DNA of 64,000 nucleotides from Lama glama (taxonomy: Eukaryota): the NCBI GenBank assembly GCA_028534125.1, contig CM052832.1, positions 15,688,001-15,752,000 of the forward strand. Direction: 5' to 3'. The position numbers were made by a program, and so were the translations under genes. The notes below the pieces were generated by a model. That model made no database searches and was not told the DNA's origin. It saw only the letters and a program-made list of their open reading frames with translations. Position 1 is the stretch's first letter. Each line of letters opens with the position of its first letter. This document shows positions 24,781 to 36,902 of the stretch, piece by piece.

Positions 24781-26149
24781 CCATGAACTCCCGAGATCAA
24801 ATCCTTCAAAGGCAGGCACCAAATCACAAACCTGATTGTAATACCCAGGTCCTAGAACAGTTCCTGACACGTGGTAGACGCAATACATATTTCCTGAAAG
24901 GATGAAACTGACCAGGCCTCCCATGTGATACTTTCATCTCTAAGGTTCTTTAATTCCTTCCTGCTGGTGGCAATGATCAGCCTCTCTGATACCTCATAGA
25001 GAGAAATCTGCCAAGTTCTCAAGAGCATGCTTTGGGGGAAGTTAATTCAAGAACTAAGGTCTGCCTTATCCTTTAACATGAACAGTAGCAGTAAATTTAC
25101 TGCAGGAGTTGCTCAAGGGAGTAACTCCCGCAGCAGAACCTTCTACAAAAATGAAAGATGACAATGCCCTCCTCACGGCCAGGCTGGGCCCAAGGGTGCC
25201 AATCTGGAGGGGATGCTCCATAGGCCCCCCTGCTGACTCTTGTTCAAAACCAGTTTCCCAGCACATGAAGAAGACATTAAGCAAGCAATCTCGTAGAAGA
25301 AGGGCAAATGCTAGGAAGTGCTTGTAGCAGCAACTCAGGACCTTGACAGCACTGGGGAAGATGTAAACGGAAGAAACGAGTTCCCCTGCGGATGTTTGTT
25401 CCTAGGATATTTCTAGGTTTTTCTGAGGTTTTTGTTTGTTTGTTTGCTTGTTTGCTTTTTGTCTATCTTCTCCTGCACAGCACAGCCCTGTTCTACATTC
25501 TCCACATCCAGAATCTTCCACTTTCTCCTCCAACCTCCCCTGGCTTCTTCCTCTGGTCTCCATCTCCTCCATTTCCCTGCCTTCTACTTGGATACATGCC
25601 TCTGCCTGTTTCCATCTTTCAGTAAGAGGTCCCAGTGCCGCTGGAAAGAGCAGCCTCCTTCTGGGCTCCATTCCTAGAGTGAAGTGCAGTGAAGGTCATA
25701 GAAAACCCTGAGTCAGGGCCAGAAGTGGGCACAGGAAGATGGCCTCATATGATGGGGTGCTGGGTGTACCTTTAGCACTGGATTCGAGAAGCGCCCAGCA
25801 GCCTCTGGGCAAAGTGATGGGGTTGGGTGGGATCAGTGTGCGACTAGGATTTGATGGTGGGGGTTGTCACAGAGATCTCTGGGGATTCAGTTATCATTTT
25901 AAAATAATCCTGTGACGAAAATTCCAGTGAATCGGATCCATCCGTGATGGTGGCATGTCCCAGACAGCCTGGTTAGACTTCTCAGATGGAGGACAGGAGA
26001 TTGGAAGTAGAAATTCCTTTCTGAGAAACAGGAAAAGCTCTTTTCCTTGGGAATTAGATTTTGGATCAGGAGTGAGATGGGCCTGCTATTTCAGCTTTGA
26101 GTAGGTCCAGGTGAGACGCTCTGATCACCCAACGTGGTTGTGCTGAAAG

Positions 26150-27330
26150 CTGCTCTGGCTGGGTGGGTTGAGGGGGGAGCTGTGCTCCATTATGCCCCCC
26201 ACAGAAGAGGCAGTCACTCCGCTGTGGAGGGAGTCTGTGACCAGGGCTGCCCCTCTGCCTTCCTGGAGTGTTGGGTTGGGGAGGGCACTGCCACAGGGGC
26301 CTTGACTTGGCCTCAGTCCCCCTCCCTCCTCGCTGTGTTCATCCCTGTCCTCCCCAGTGAGTGTAGACTGGCTGTCAAGGCAGATGGGTGCTTGGAGCGA
26401 AGCCACGGCCACAGAGGCCACAGCAATAGGGCCTGTCACCTGTGTGAGAGTGCAGGGACAGAGTCAGGTGGGCCCTTCGCTGAAGCACTTCCCACCTTGC
26501 GGGCAGGAAAAGGGCAACTCATTCAAGTGGACCGGGCTGTGCTGGGAAGAGGAAGCTCCACATTCCATGTAGGACAAAGGTTTTGTGGTGGGGGCTGGGG
26601 CCACTGGTAGGGGAGGTGAGGAAGGGTCAGTGTGACAGCCGAGGGGTCAAGGGTGCCACAGTAGATGGGGAGCTGGAGGTCTGTTCTGCCTTGTCCTCCT
26701 CCTCCTCTTCCTTTGCTCCCAGCCTGTTGGGGGGAGGGGGAAGAAGGTGAGCACAGCCAGGAGGGGGGTAGGCAGAGAGACTGAGGTGGAGGGGCAGGCC
26801 CCTCCCCCACTGAAAGAGTGACCCCCTCCCTTTCCTCCTCACCTCCCCGCCCCCTATCCCCGCGGTGGGGAAGCCCAGGGCACAACTTTCCTGTGAGCAG
26901 TTTGCCAGGGTTTTGAGGGCTGCCAGGCAACATGAGGGCCCTCAGAGATAGTCCTCACCTGGGCAGGGGTCTCCACAGGCTTCTGTGGCCCTGGGCTCCA
27001 GGGCTCAGCTTCTGCCCACATAACCTGCTGTGGTTTAGGGACTGAGAAGCCTGAGGGAGATAAAATGAGGGGGAGAGTACGGGCGAGAGAGGCTCCCCTC
27101 CTTTCCTCCAGCCGCCTCAAACCCCGCCTCCAACTTCTTCCCCTCCCCCCTGAGGCTACCAGTGACGCCCTGGACCCCGAGGCCTGGCACCCCTCCTGCA
27201 GGGGGCACGTGCCCTTCATCCTCTAAGGATCAGGGTATCTACTGCAGTGGTTCTGGGCCTCTGCGCACGGAGGACTTGTTACAATACAACTGCTGGCCTC
27301 ACCTCCAGTTTCTCATGCACAGTGGCTTGG
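26150..27330 (-). pseudogene. Decayed C2H2 zinc-finger gene (probable counterpart of human ZNF70P1); outer boundaries approximate
   Basis: 26360-26590 on minus reads KPLSYMECGASSSQHSPVHLNELPFSCPQGGKCFS, then a 1-nt frameshift, then RAHLTLSLHSHTGDRPYCCGLCGRGFAPSTHLP*Q. This has an HTGDRPY linker, a CxxC, lost ligands and an in-frame stop at 26375-26377. Confidence 0.8.
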
Positions 27331-28299
27331 TTTGTAAGTGGTAGGGCAAAGATCTGGACCCCAACCTTTCCCCACCTTGCTCCTTTGGGTTCTTCTACTT
27401 ATATCTTGCCCCTCAACAAAACAGTCACATTCCCTTTTGTCTACTTTGTGTCTCTTGCTCTGCCAGACCCATATATGTAGGCTTAACTGACAGAGGCTGA
27501 AGGACTTGGGGAACTAACCCAGGGGAGCTCCACCCTACCCCAGCACCTCCTTCTGCCTGCATTGTTCGGAAGGAGAATGCCTGGTCTGGTCGGGTAGTTT
27601 TTTTTCTTTGTTGTGTGTAGGAGAGACTTACCTAGAGCAACAGCTCTGTATGTCACTTACATGGTATCACCTAAATAAACAGGCATGCCTGCGAAGTTGA
27701 CCGTCGCGAGGGCAGAGGCGGGCAACAGGGCACTCGCAGCAGAGAGGGACGGGAGAAGTGTGATAAGTGGAGCGGTCGGGACGGTGGGTCGGAGGTGTCA
27801 AGTGGGGACTAAAGAGGGACCGCGGGGCCCTAGGAGGAGAGAGACAGGGGACCAGGGACCGCAGGAGGTTCCAGAGTGAAGCAAGAGGGCGGGATGGGGG
27901 GGGGGACTGGCAGAAGAGGCTGATGGGTCAGGTAGCGCTGGCGAGAACGTGGAGAGTGAGGGGGTGACGCTTCCGCAGCCCCCAGAACCAGAAGAGAAGC
28001 CAGGTTCACTCAATTCTCTTCGGCTTCCACCTTGGTGTCTCCCCCGACTCCTCCCCAGCTGTTTCTTTCCCTTGAAACTCCAGAAGCAATGCCCACCTTC
28101 CTCCCACCCTCACATCTTGGGAGCGTCACCCCTCTGGATACCTAGGGTTGGAGGGAAGGGGAGCCAGGATCAGGGCTGGGGAGGCGGGGCTAAACAGGGG
28201 GGTCCTTCAAGGGTGAAGTGGGTGTTGTCTATTTTTGCAGGGCAGGAGGTCTCGGGGTGAATGCAGGTGACCGGGTCTGCAGAGCTTGCAGGGGCGGGA

Positions 28300-28850
28300 G
28301 GGTGCTCCCTGCGTCCACAGTACCGAGAATACTAGGCGCGAGGGAAACAAACGAGAAATGCCAGGCGTGGCCTGGGGTGCCCCCGGGCCGGAGGCTGACT
28401 CCTCCGCCAGGAGGGCAGAGACGCAATGATTGAGTCGCAGGGATTTGGGGTGCTTCGAGGTGGGGGGGCACGAAAGGCAACGGAAACAGGAAGTGAGGGA
28501 CTGAAGGGGGGGCGCGGGAGCGAGCGCCAGTCCCTCTCGGAGAGGCGATTCCTCCCCGACCCCCGCCCTGCTCGGGACGCGGCGCGCAGCCAGGGGCCCC
28601 AGACCCCCAGGCCGGCTGCGGAACTCGAGGCCGGGAGGCAGCGATGGGTTTACTGGACGCCCCCAGCCCTCTGCACTCAAGTCACTGCTGGGACAAGCAC
28701 AGAACTACAAGTCCCGGGCGGCCCTCCCTCCACTGGACCCCGCGGCTCGGCGGCACCGGCTCGCGCACTCCTGGGAACTGTAGTTCCCGGTCCTGCCCGC
28801 CTTCTTCGGGAGGTTTCCCAGGGGGGACCGAGATGTCGCCAAGCTCTCCC
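28300..28850. promoter_or_regulatory. CpG-island promoter just 3' of RING1
   Basis: CpG-dense. Two opposed ZNF143/THAP11-type motifs, ACTACAAGTCCC (28704-28715) and GGGAACTGTAGT (28773-28784), plus ETS CAGGAAGTG at about 28487. Confidence 0.7.
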
Positions 28851-29212
28851 ACCTTACCACCTCTTTTCTTAACCTGTTTTAGAAACCAGCTTCTCACAAG
28901 GATGAGGAATTAATCCCCTTTCAAGCATCACAGGCCTGTCACGTCTACAAGCACGTCTCAGTAACTCTCCTGCTTTCCCTGAGATTTCAGCCGGGGCTAT
29001 TCACGTTATAGGGGACAAGTCTGGGATTTGCCTTCACAGTTCTCCGCTTTCATCCTGTCTCATTCAGCTTCAAAGATGTTCCTTCTTATTTTCGAACGCA
29101 TTTGATTTGGAGGTTCAGGAAAATGGGATTTACACATCACGAATAACCTCTGACATTTCTCCTCCATTTCCAAGGCTGATTCTACAAGATTTCTATGGCT
29201 CCTTCCCGGATC

Positions 29213-29218
29213 TTTATT
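29213..29218 (-). terminator. RING1 polyadenylation signal
   Basis: TTTATT on plus (AATAAA on minus), about 380 nt past the stop. Confidence 0.75.
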
Positions 29219-29594
29219 TTTCTCCCTCTCATTCTAGTACACCCCTGATAAAAAGACACAGAACCGCAGGTTTCAAAGAGGAAAAAAAGCAAATTTGTTG
29301 TTGTTGGTCGGAGGACATGAAGAGGAGGGTTCTTCACTTCACCCTCCCCAACATCTGGTGTAGATGGGAGGTTGGGGGCAATAGAAAAGGCAGTAGATGG
29401 GGGCGCACACCCCACTCTGTACAATATAGAAGAATCTGATATAGATACTTTGTATAAAAGCCACTTGTCCTCATTTGTGTCCTCTTGCTGGCTGGCTGGG
29501 TTGGGGGGGCACTGGGGGACAAAAAAGCTGGGGTCATGGGCCAGGACACAGGGACACCCCATAGTCCCCATCCTCTGGCTGTCCCCTTGTGGGG

Positions 29595-32535
29595 TCACTT
29601 TGGATCCTTGGTGGGGGCATAGCAGAGCTCCAGTGGTCGGGACACCTTCCAGAACTTCTCATTCACCAGCTCCAGGGTCAGCGAGCCATTCAATGTCTAC
29701 AGAGGAAATGGAAGACAGAGAGGGGGAAGAGAAATGTAAGTTGGAAAAGATGGTAAAGGACATGAATGAGAGGCAAAATGTGACGAAGGCAGGAGGAAAG
29801 AAAAAGGAATGATAAATGGGGCAAAGCAGGACGTGGATGATGGGGAAGAAGAAAGAACAGAGAAGGGAGATAAGAGATACACAGGGCGAAGAGTGTAGGT
29901 CAGTTAGGAGGTCTAGGAGGTCAGGATGGGGTTCTGTTGCCCAAGGCCACCCTCCCTCCTCTCCCCTCTCACAAGCTGCCCTCAGGGGTCTCACCGTGAA
30001 AGCTCCGCCCCCCGGGGCGATGTAGATGGTGTACTGCTTTTCGCTGACACCCTCCAGACTGGGCAAGGCAGGCTCCTCAGGGCCGTCACCTCCTCCGGCA
30101 CCCCCACCCTCCCCACCACCCCCATCAGGTCCTCCAGCATCACAGGCGCCCCCTCCAGGCCCTCCTGGCTCCCCAGCCTCTTGCTGCTGCCTCCGTTCCA
30201 GGGCAATGCGCAGGGCCAGGTACTTTGAGAGATGGTCCACTGTGGCATTCCCAGTTGTCTTCACATACCTGGAGTGGCAAAGAGGGCAGGTTTAGGGCAC
30301 AAGAAGCCGCAATGGAGAAGGGAAGTAGGGCATTTCCAAAAGGGCCTCTCAGTGAGGTTTTCTTTCTGGGTTTGGGCAATGGCGACTTCTGATGGAAGAT
30401 TATGGGATCTTTGGCTTCTCAGTGGTCTGGGGAAAGACAAGGCTCTCACCTAGTCTGGCAGTATTCTCCTTTCTCCACAAGTAGAGGGTGGGGCCGGAAC
30501 ACGAGCTCAATTTCTCCACCTGGCTCCGGGGGACTGGGGGCCCCGGGAGGGCTTGGGGGGCCCAGGGTTCCCCCTCCCAGTGTCCCTCCCCGGTCACCAG
30601 AGTCTTCAGAACCAGCGCCCCCACCCACCCCACCAGTTCCTCCTCCCCCTGTCCCTACACTGCTCCCCCCTGCACCCCCTCCACGGGGTCGCTTGGGAGC
30701 CGGGCCTGGGGCGGAGTCAGGGGCGGAGTCTGAGCTCACGTCCTCTCCATCCCCTTCTCCCTCCCCAGGCTCTCCTTCCCCTCCACTCATCGTTGTGGTC
30801 TGATCTGACCCAGGCATCGGCCGTCTCACACGCTGGGCCCTATGGAAGCAAGTGGTTGAGGTTAGAAAGCACCAAGGATAAGGGGTTTAGACTCAGGCCC
30901 AACTCCAGACCTACTAAAGCAGAACTGGCATTTTTAACAAGACCCCCCCCCATCATATGAATACATGTTAAAGGCTGAGTGATGGTAGCCTAAGAAGTCA
31001 TTTAATTCCCAGCAATGTGAACCCAGAGCTTATGCTAAAAAATCACTCTACTGTTCAGAAAGTTAGGTTAGCTATTTTCTTAAGAATAGAAGTATCAGTT
31101 GCTAACTAAGAAGGTACAATTTACATCCATGATTTCCAGGCCTGACAATCAGACTGTGGTCAACACTTAGGATGCTAAGGCTTAGAAGCTGGTGGGGAGC
31201 AAAGACAGCACCAGGAGTCTGATCCACAGATCTGTTCCACCAGCCCTGCTGCCACCTTTCTTCTGGCCCCCCGAACCTGTGCATGGCCTGCATGCGCAGC
31301 CCCTCCTCAATGCTGGAGCTCAGAGCCTGCTGGTTATGCAAGCGGCTGAGGCGGATGAGCACCCGGTCTTGGTGGGCCTCGTATTCCTCCCGGCTGGGAT
31401 AGATTTTAGAGATCAGGGCATCAAAGTTGGGGTCTGGCCGCAGAGACCGCTTGGATACAAGCTTCTTTCGGCAGGTAGGGCACTCCTTGTTCCTGGGGTG
31501 GGAGAGAGAAAGCCCTGAGCAGTCACCAGGGAGGGCATTGAGGGCCCAACTCTGTACCCTTCCCCATCTCAAACACGTCCCTCCTGTTACCCGCTCCGCA
31601 GGGCCGTGACAATGCAGTCAGAGCAGAATCGGTGGAGGCACTCCTTGGTTGTCATCGTATTCTTCAGCATGTCCAGGCAGATGGGGCACATGAGTTCTGA
31701 ATGCAGTGACCGGGGGGAAACTGCAATCTCTGTGCCATCCATGATGGCTTCCTGGAGGCATCGATGAGTGGAAAGGTGGTGGTGGGTTAGTGAGGAAGGG
31801 GTTTTAGAAACGAGCGGTCCATGAATTGGACTTTTGAGAAATACAGTAAGATGACAGAATCTGGGCACCCCATGTTGGCCGCTTGAGGAAGGTGGTAATT
31901 CTAAGAGTAGGAGCTTTGAAATAGGAGGATCTGAGGTTTGGTGATAGGTCTGGGGATGGGCGTGGCACAGATTTGTGATGTGGGGAAGACTTAGTCAACA
32001 CAGTTTCTTAACAGTGTGATCCTGGCACTACCTGTTTCAGAATCCTCTAGGGTACATGTTAAAAATGCAGATTCTGGGGCCCCACCCCATTACTGTATCA
32101 GAATGTTAGTGGGAGCGGGGGGCAAGGTAGGAAGCTCCATTTTTAATAAACTCCCAAGGTGAGTCTTAAATGCACTGATCTATGACATTGGACTGAGGAA
32201 CATAAAAGATAGTTTCTGTCGGTTTGCTATCTTATAAATGAAGCTTCTAATTACTTGCTCTACGTCCGCCTCTGTTTTGAGGATTAAGTGGGATAAATGT
32301 GAAAGTGCTTTGAAAGGTTAAGGTGATTCAAAGGTAGGGCAAGGGAATGTGAAATCGGGCAGGGTCAGAATAGGGCAAAAAAGGGAAAAGAGGCTGTGAG
32401 ATAGGGCTCTGTAGATAGAGGGGTTTGGGGAGTGGGAGTAAGTTGTGAAGGGGTCACCTGCGGGGTCCGGTGGAGCTCATACAGACTCAGTTCCCACGTT
32501 TTGCTGGCATTCTGGGCATTCGCCGGCGTCGTCAT
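29595..32535 (-). CDS. RING1: RING1 (RING1A), PRC1 E3 ubiquitin ligase, 406 aa
   Basis: Coding exons 32535-32458, 31751-31591, 31492-31277, 30839-30450, 30268-29995, 29696-29595 total 1221 nt: [26 protein letters not shown]...CPICLDML...CLHRFCSDC...CPTC...[11 protein letters not shown]. Non-coding exon 1 has its donor at 32708/32709. Confidence 0.98.
32003..32195. mobile_element. MER5A-like DNA transposon relic in a RING1 intron
   Basis: AAAAATGCAGATTCTGGGGCCCCACCCC...TTTTAATAAACTCCCAAGGTGA. Confidence 0.65.
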
Positions 32536-32619
32536 GGTGACCGGGCACAGACCCCCACCAGGGCTCCACCGCGGAGGAGGAGAAGGGGTAGGCTGGGGAG
32601 TGGGGGAAGGGGAGGGAGG

Positions 32620-33260
32620 GTGTTAGGGGGGGCCGCCCCTCGCGCAGACCCCGCCCTCTCGAGGCTCCCTCCCTCCTCCCGCCACCCCGCCCCGGCGCGG
32701 CCCCTCACCCGGTTCCAGCCGTCCGCGCTCCCGCTGCCACAGCGCCTTTCCCGGGGCCCGGGCTCCTCGGCCGAGTTCGCTTGATCCGCAGCCGCTGCTC
32801 AAACAGCAGCTCCCGCCGCTGCCGCCGCCGCCATGGCCCGGGCGCTAGGGCCCTACGTCACTTCCGCCTGCCCCTCCACTCCACTCCACCCACCGCCAGC
32901 CGAGACGTCACCCGCCACTCGCGGCGCGGGTGGGACGCGACGTGGATGCCCGATTGACCCCGCCCTCGGGACGCGCCCGCCCCCCGTGAGAAGCCGGCGT
33001 CCCCGGAGTAGCGCGCCACGTGGGGGCCGCAGTCTCCGTCCCCTGGTCAGCAATGTCGCGCGGCCAACCTTACCCACCGTTCCCTTCCCAAGGCCCCCAC
33101 CCGGGGCCTCCGCTCCAGAGGGCGGGGCCTGGGATAGCTCGGACCCCGGGAGGGGACGGAGGGAATTGGAAAAGGGGCCACCTCCCCCACTCCGCGTCCC
33201 CTGGAGGCTCTGGGGAACGGCTCCCCTCCTCCCCACGCAGAACTTCATAACCCCAGCCCG
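32620..33260 (-). promoter_or_regulatory. RING1 CpG-island promoter and exon 1
   Basis: CpG-dense. Overlapping ETS-CRE motif CGGAAGTGACGT on minus (32855-32866), E-box CACGTG at about 33017, and GC boxes. Confidence 0.8.
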
Positions 33261-33423
33261 GGATTCCGGGTGGGAAAAAATAGCTGCAACGGAGCCTCTG
33301 CCGCTTCAGTCCTCCAGTCCTGTGAACGTAACTAAGTCCCGATGTGCCTGGGATTCCCCTTACCACCCTGGGGACTTGCTCCACCCTCCACTCTGGTTCT
33401 CCCTAGACCTTCCGACCCGCTCT

Positions 33424-33532
33424 CCCCTCGAGGTTTGGAGGCGACGGCTCGGGACGTCCAGACTCAACTCTCGGCCAGAGCCATAGACTCGAGAATTGCG
33501 TTTGGACAATCAAGAGCCGCGGCCCGGGGCGG
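33424..33532 (-). ncRNA. MIR219A1: pre-miR-219-1 hairpin
   Basis: Mature 5p UGAUUGUCCAAACGCAAUUCU at 33512-33492 and 3p AGAGUUGAGUCUGGACGUCCCG at 33471-33450, in the expected position between HSD17B8 and RING1. Confidence 0.97.
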
Positions 33533-33583
33533 GGAAGGGAGGCGCACGGGAGGTACGGGGGAATGGAGACACCACGCGGAAGC

Positions 33584-33587
<4 letters not shown>

Positions 33588-33616
<29 letters not shown>
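33588..33616. repeat. (CA)n microsatellite
   Basis: Pure CA run just 5' of the miR-219 hairpin. Confidence 0.9.
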
Positions 33617-34565
33617 AGATGGGGCCACTATCGGGGAGGGGGTGTGCGCGTGTAGGTTGAGGTGGGGCACAAGGGGTTGAATATCTGGAGTGGGAAGCGG
33701 GCAGAAGCCTCCTCCAGGACTTTCCGGTAAAGGAAGGGGATGGGGAGGAAAGAGAAGAGGAAGGGGCAGAGCGATCCCCATTGAGGGCAGGGGATGAGAG
33801 GGATACGGGATGAGGGGGGTGGGAAAGAGACCGTGATGGGCGTCCTGTCTCTTCCAGCCTGAGCTGGGGCTCCCAGACTTAGGCTGCAACTGCCAGGGGG
33901 TGGCCTGTTTCTGGGATAAGGCAGCAGTGGGTCCCCTCGCCCCCTCCCCCAGTTCCCCCCTACTTCCCTGTCCTCTCCTTCAGTCCGTGGCCAGTCCTTA
34001 TGTGGGCTCCAGAGTCGATTAGCGCGGACCCCCTCCCCTTCCTCCTCCTCCTCCCAGCCCCCTCCCTTCTGCTCTCCTCCAGCCCCTTTCATCGGCTGGT
34101 CCATTCCCCTAATCCTGGCCCCCTCCCCTAATCCCCCCCATCCGACCCCAGGCCGGCTGCAGCTATTGTAAGGTGGAGAGAAAGGGGGGGGGACTCAGAG
34201 AAAAGAGAGGGGTGGGGGAGGGCCACCTGTTCCAAGACCCCCTCCCAAGGCTAGACAGGACACCAGGATGGGGCCAAGAACAAATCACCCTTGGGGACCG
34301 AAAGGACCCGGTGAATTGGGGGGAGGGGACTGGGTCTGCAGATCACTGGAAGGGGGTGGGTCAGAGACCCCTCCCTCCAAAAGACCCAGAGTGTCACGCA
34401 CACACAGTGACACACTCTCTCACACCCGGCGGCGGGGGTTGCCCTGGGAGACCAGGCAGTGAAAGGGAACAATCCTTCGGGAAAGGGAAAGGAGGGGGAG
34501 GTAGGGAAGGGTCTGAGGGCTTGGACACAAGAAGAACCGGAGGTGGCAGGGAAGAGGATTTGGAA

Positions 34566-34571
34566 TTTATT
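34566..34571 (-). terminator. HSD17B8 polyadenylation signal
   Basis: TTTATT on plus, about 150 nt past the stop. Confidence 0.75.
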
Positions 34572-34720
34572 AGGGTCACAAGCACCCCTGCCTCCCATAT
34601 TCAGCATTCCTGAGCCATACACTGCCACCCCTTTTGTAGCCTGGGAACTCAGAGTCCTCAGCAGCAGGAGGCCAAGCAGAGCGGTGGGGGTGTGAGCAGA
34701 GTCCAGGGTCCTTGAGGCAG

Positions 34721-36653
34721 TTACATGAAAAGACCTCCTGGGAGGGGCAGAAACATTTGGACAGATGTATAGGTGGAGACAAATAGGCTGGAGGGGGGTA
34801 CCCACTTCTGTCCCTGGCCCATGAGTACTTCTGCCCTTCCCTCAGTGGCTCCAGACTCCTCTCACTTGCTTTCTCGTATCATCTGGGTTGCACTTCTCTG
34901 CCCTCTTCCTCCCCAAGATGGCCTCATACCAGTGACTTCTACTGACGCCCCTGTGATGTATCCACTGTCTCCAGATGCCAAGAATGCGACCACATCTGCC
35001 ACATCTAGGGGAATGGTGGGGAGGGGGCAGAATTCCACTCACTCTCATAGACCTGAAGTAGCTATCACCTCCCCCCCGAGAATCACCTCTCCCCCAACCA
35101 CCAATCCTGGTGAGACCCTCTCAGATACTACATACTTTGGGACCTCTTTATTCAGGGTCCTCCACCCCAACTCAGTGCTCACCCTCAGGGTCCCCTACAC
35201 GTCCCATTGGGATCATTCCAGTCACCTGTAAAGAAACACTCGTATGTGAGTGAAAGTTCTTTTCATGGATTTTTTGGTAGACTGAGTCTGTGGTCTTCAT
35301 TCCTTGTACAGTTATTGAGTATCTACTATTTCCCTGACACTGCCAAGCACTCTCTCTGAACCCGAGAGGTTGGGTCCTTGAATTATTCTGCCTTCCACCC
35401 ACAGTCACCTACCTTATCCAGCACTTTCTGAGGCACTTTCTGTATCATGGGTGTTTTAATGAACCCTGGGAGGACAGAGTTACAGCGGATCCCATGTCTG
35501 TAGAAAGGAGAGTGGCTGCTGACTCCAGAATGGACTGAACACTGATCCTGCTCTCAGACCTTTTACATGCCTCAGCAAAACCTCCCGTTCCCCAGGGTGT
35601 CAGACCAACCGTCCGAACTCCCGGGCTGCAGTCTGGGTCAGCCCAATCACTCCAGCCTTGGATGCTGCGTAGTTTGTCTGTCCCATATTCCCCACCTATA
35701 AGTATGCCAGAGATTTGGGATGAGTCAGGATTCCCAAAGAGGGGCTCTCCTCTCTGTGCCCACTTGGCTGGCTGACCTCATCCCAACTCAAACTGACCTT
35801 CCCTACGATGCTACTGATGTTGATGATGGAGCCAGGACAGCCACTGGACACCAGGGCTTGGGCTGCAGCCTGATTGACTAGGAAGATGCCCTGAGATGGG
35901 GAGAAAGTAACAAGGTAGAAAGGATCAGCTGAGGTGGGTGAGTCTTCCAACTCCCTCTTCAGGCTAGAGGATCCAGTAATCACGGTTCAGAGGTCACCAC
36001 CTTGAGGTTGACAGCTATGACTCTGTCCCAGTCATCTTCCGACATGTGGAGCAGAAACTCATCCCTGGTGATGCCCGCACAGGACACAACGACAGATGGC
36101 GGGCGAGAAAAGCAGGCCTATGGAACGGGGAGGTTACGCATGTAGAGCCAGGGGTAGTGGAGGAAACGTTAGGGCTTTAAATAGGACGAGGTCATCTAGC
36201 TTTCACCTGCACTTGCTCCAGCAAGCGCCTGACGGCCCCGGCCTCGGACACGTCAGCCTGGAAGGCAGCGTGGGCCCCGCAGGGCGCCCCCTCCTCGCTC
36301 CCCGGCCCTCCCAGCAGCCGCACCGTCTCTCGTGCCGCTGCCCCGTCCAGGTCGCAAGCGGCCACGGCGGCCCCCTCAGCGGCCAGGCGCACACTGACTG
36401 CTCGGCCGATGCCGCCACCCGCACCTGAGGTGGGAGAGAACACGCGGGAGTTGGGGGAGAGAAAGGGGGCAGGGGGCAGAGGTCAACAGCGCAAAGTTAA
36501 TAAAATTCAGACCAGGGGGCCGAGGTCACAGAGGCTGCAGAATCCGAGGGCACACCCCAACATCACTCCGGCACCCCAAACCGCCCTGGGAGAGCACCCC
36601 CCTCAACCTGTGACCAGGGCCAAAGCCGAGCGGAGCCGGAGCTGAGACGCCAT
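34721..36653 (-). CDS. HSD17B8: HSD17B8 (KE6), short-chain dehydrogenase/reductase, 259 aa
   Basis: Nine exons 36653-36608, 36424-36207, 36117-36001, 35890-35798, 35695-35610, 35497-35413, 35225-35183, 35004-34930, 34737-34721 total 780 nt. Has the TGAGGGIG Rossmann motif and YAASK catalytic motif, and ends VTGGLFM*. Confidence 0.97.
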
Positions 36654-36659
36654 GGCGGG

Positions 36660-36810
36660 CGGCGGGCGGGCGGGCACTCCGGCACTGAGCCAATCCGAGC
36701 GCAGAAGGGGCGTAGCAAGGGTAATGCCGGGCCAATCGAGGCCCGGCCTGCCATAGGCCGGAGGCCACCAGCGCCGGCCGACCTCCCACTGCGGGGGCGT
36801 GGCCAGACAA
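36660..36810 (-). promoter_or_regulatory. HSD17B8 proximal promoter
   Basis: CCAAT at 36690-36694 and 36732-36736, and a GC box GGGGGCGTGGC at about 36793. Confidence 0.7.
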
Positions 36811-36902
36811 GACCGCTAGGGGGCCTGTGGAGTGAGGAGATGAGGAGCTCCCATTCCCCCGCAAAAGACAAAGACTACGCGTGAAGCAGAAAATCCGAGG
36901 AC

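Noticed and set aside
25066..25327. Overlapping 72-aa ORFs on both strands in unique-looking sequence
   Set aside because: No recognisable domain, no convincing splice sites, and the length is compatible with chance.
32833..33486. 217-aa plus-strand ORF, and similar long ORFs at 28207-28872 and 47764-49434
   Set aside because: They lie in GC-rich CpG islands where stops are rare, have low-complexity P/R/G/A content and show no homology I recognise.
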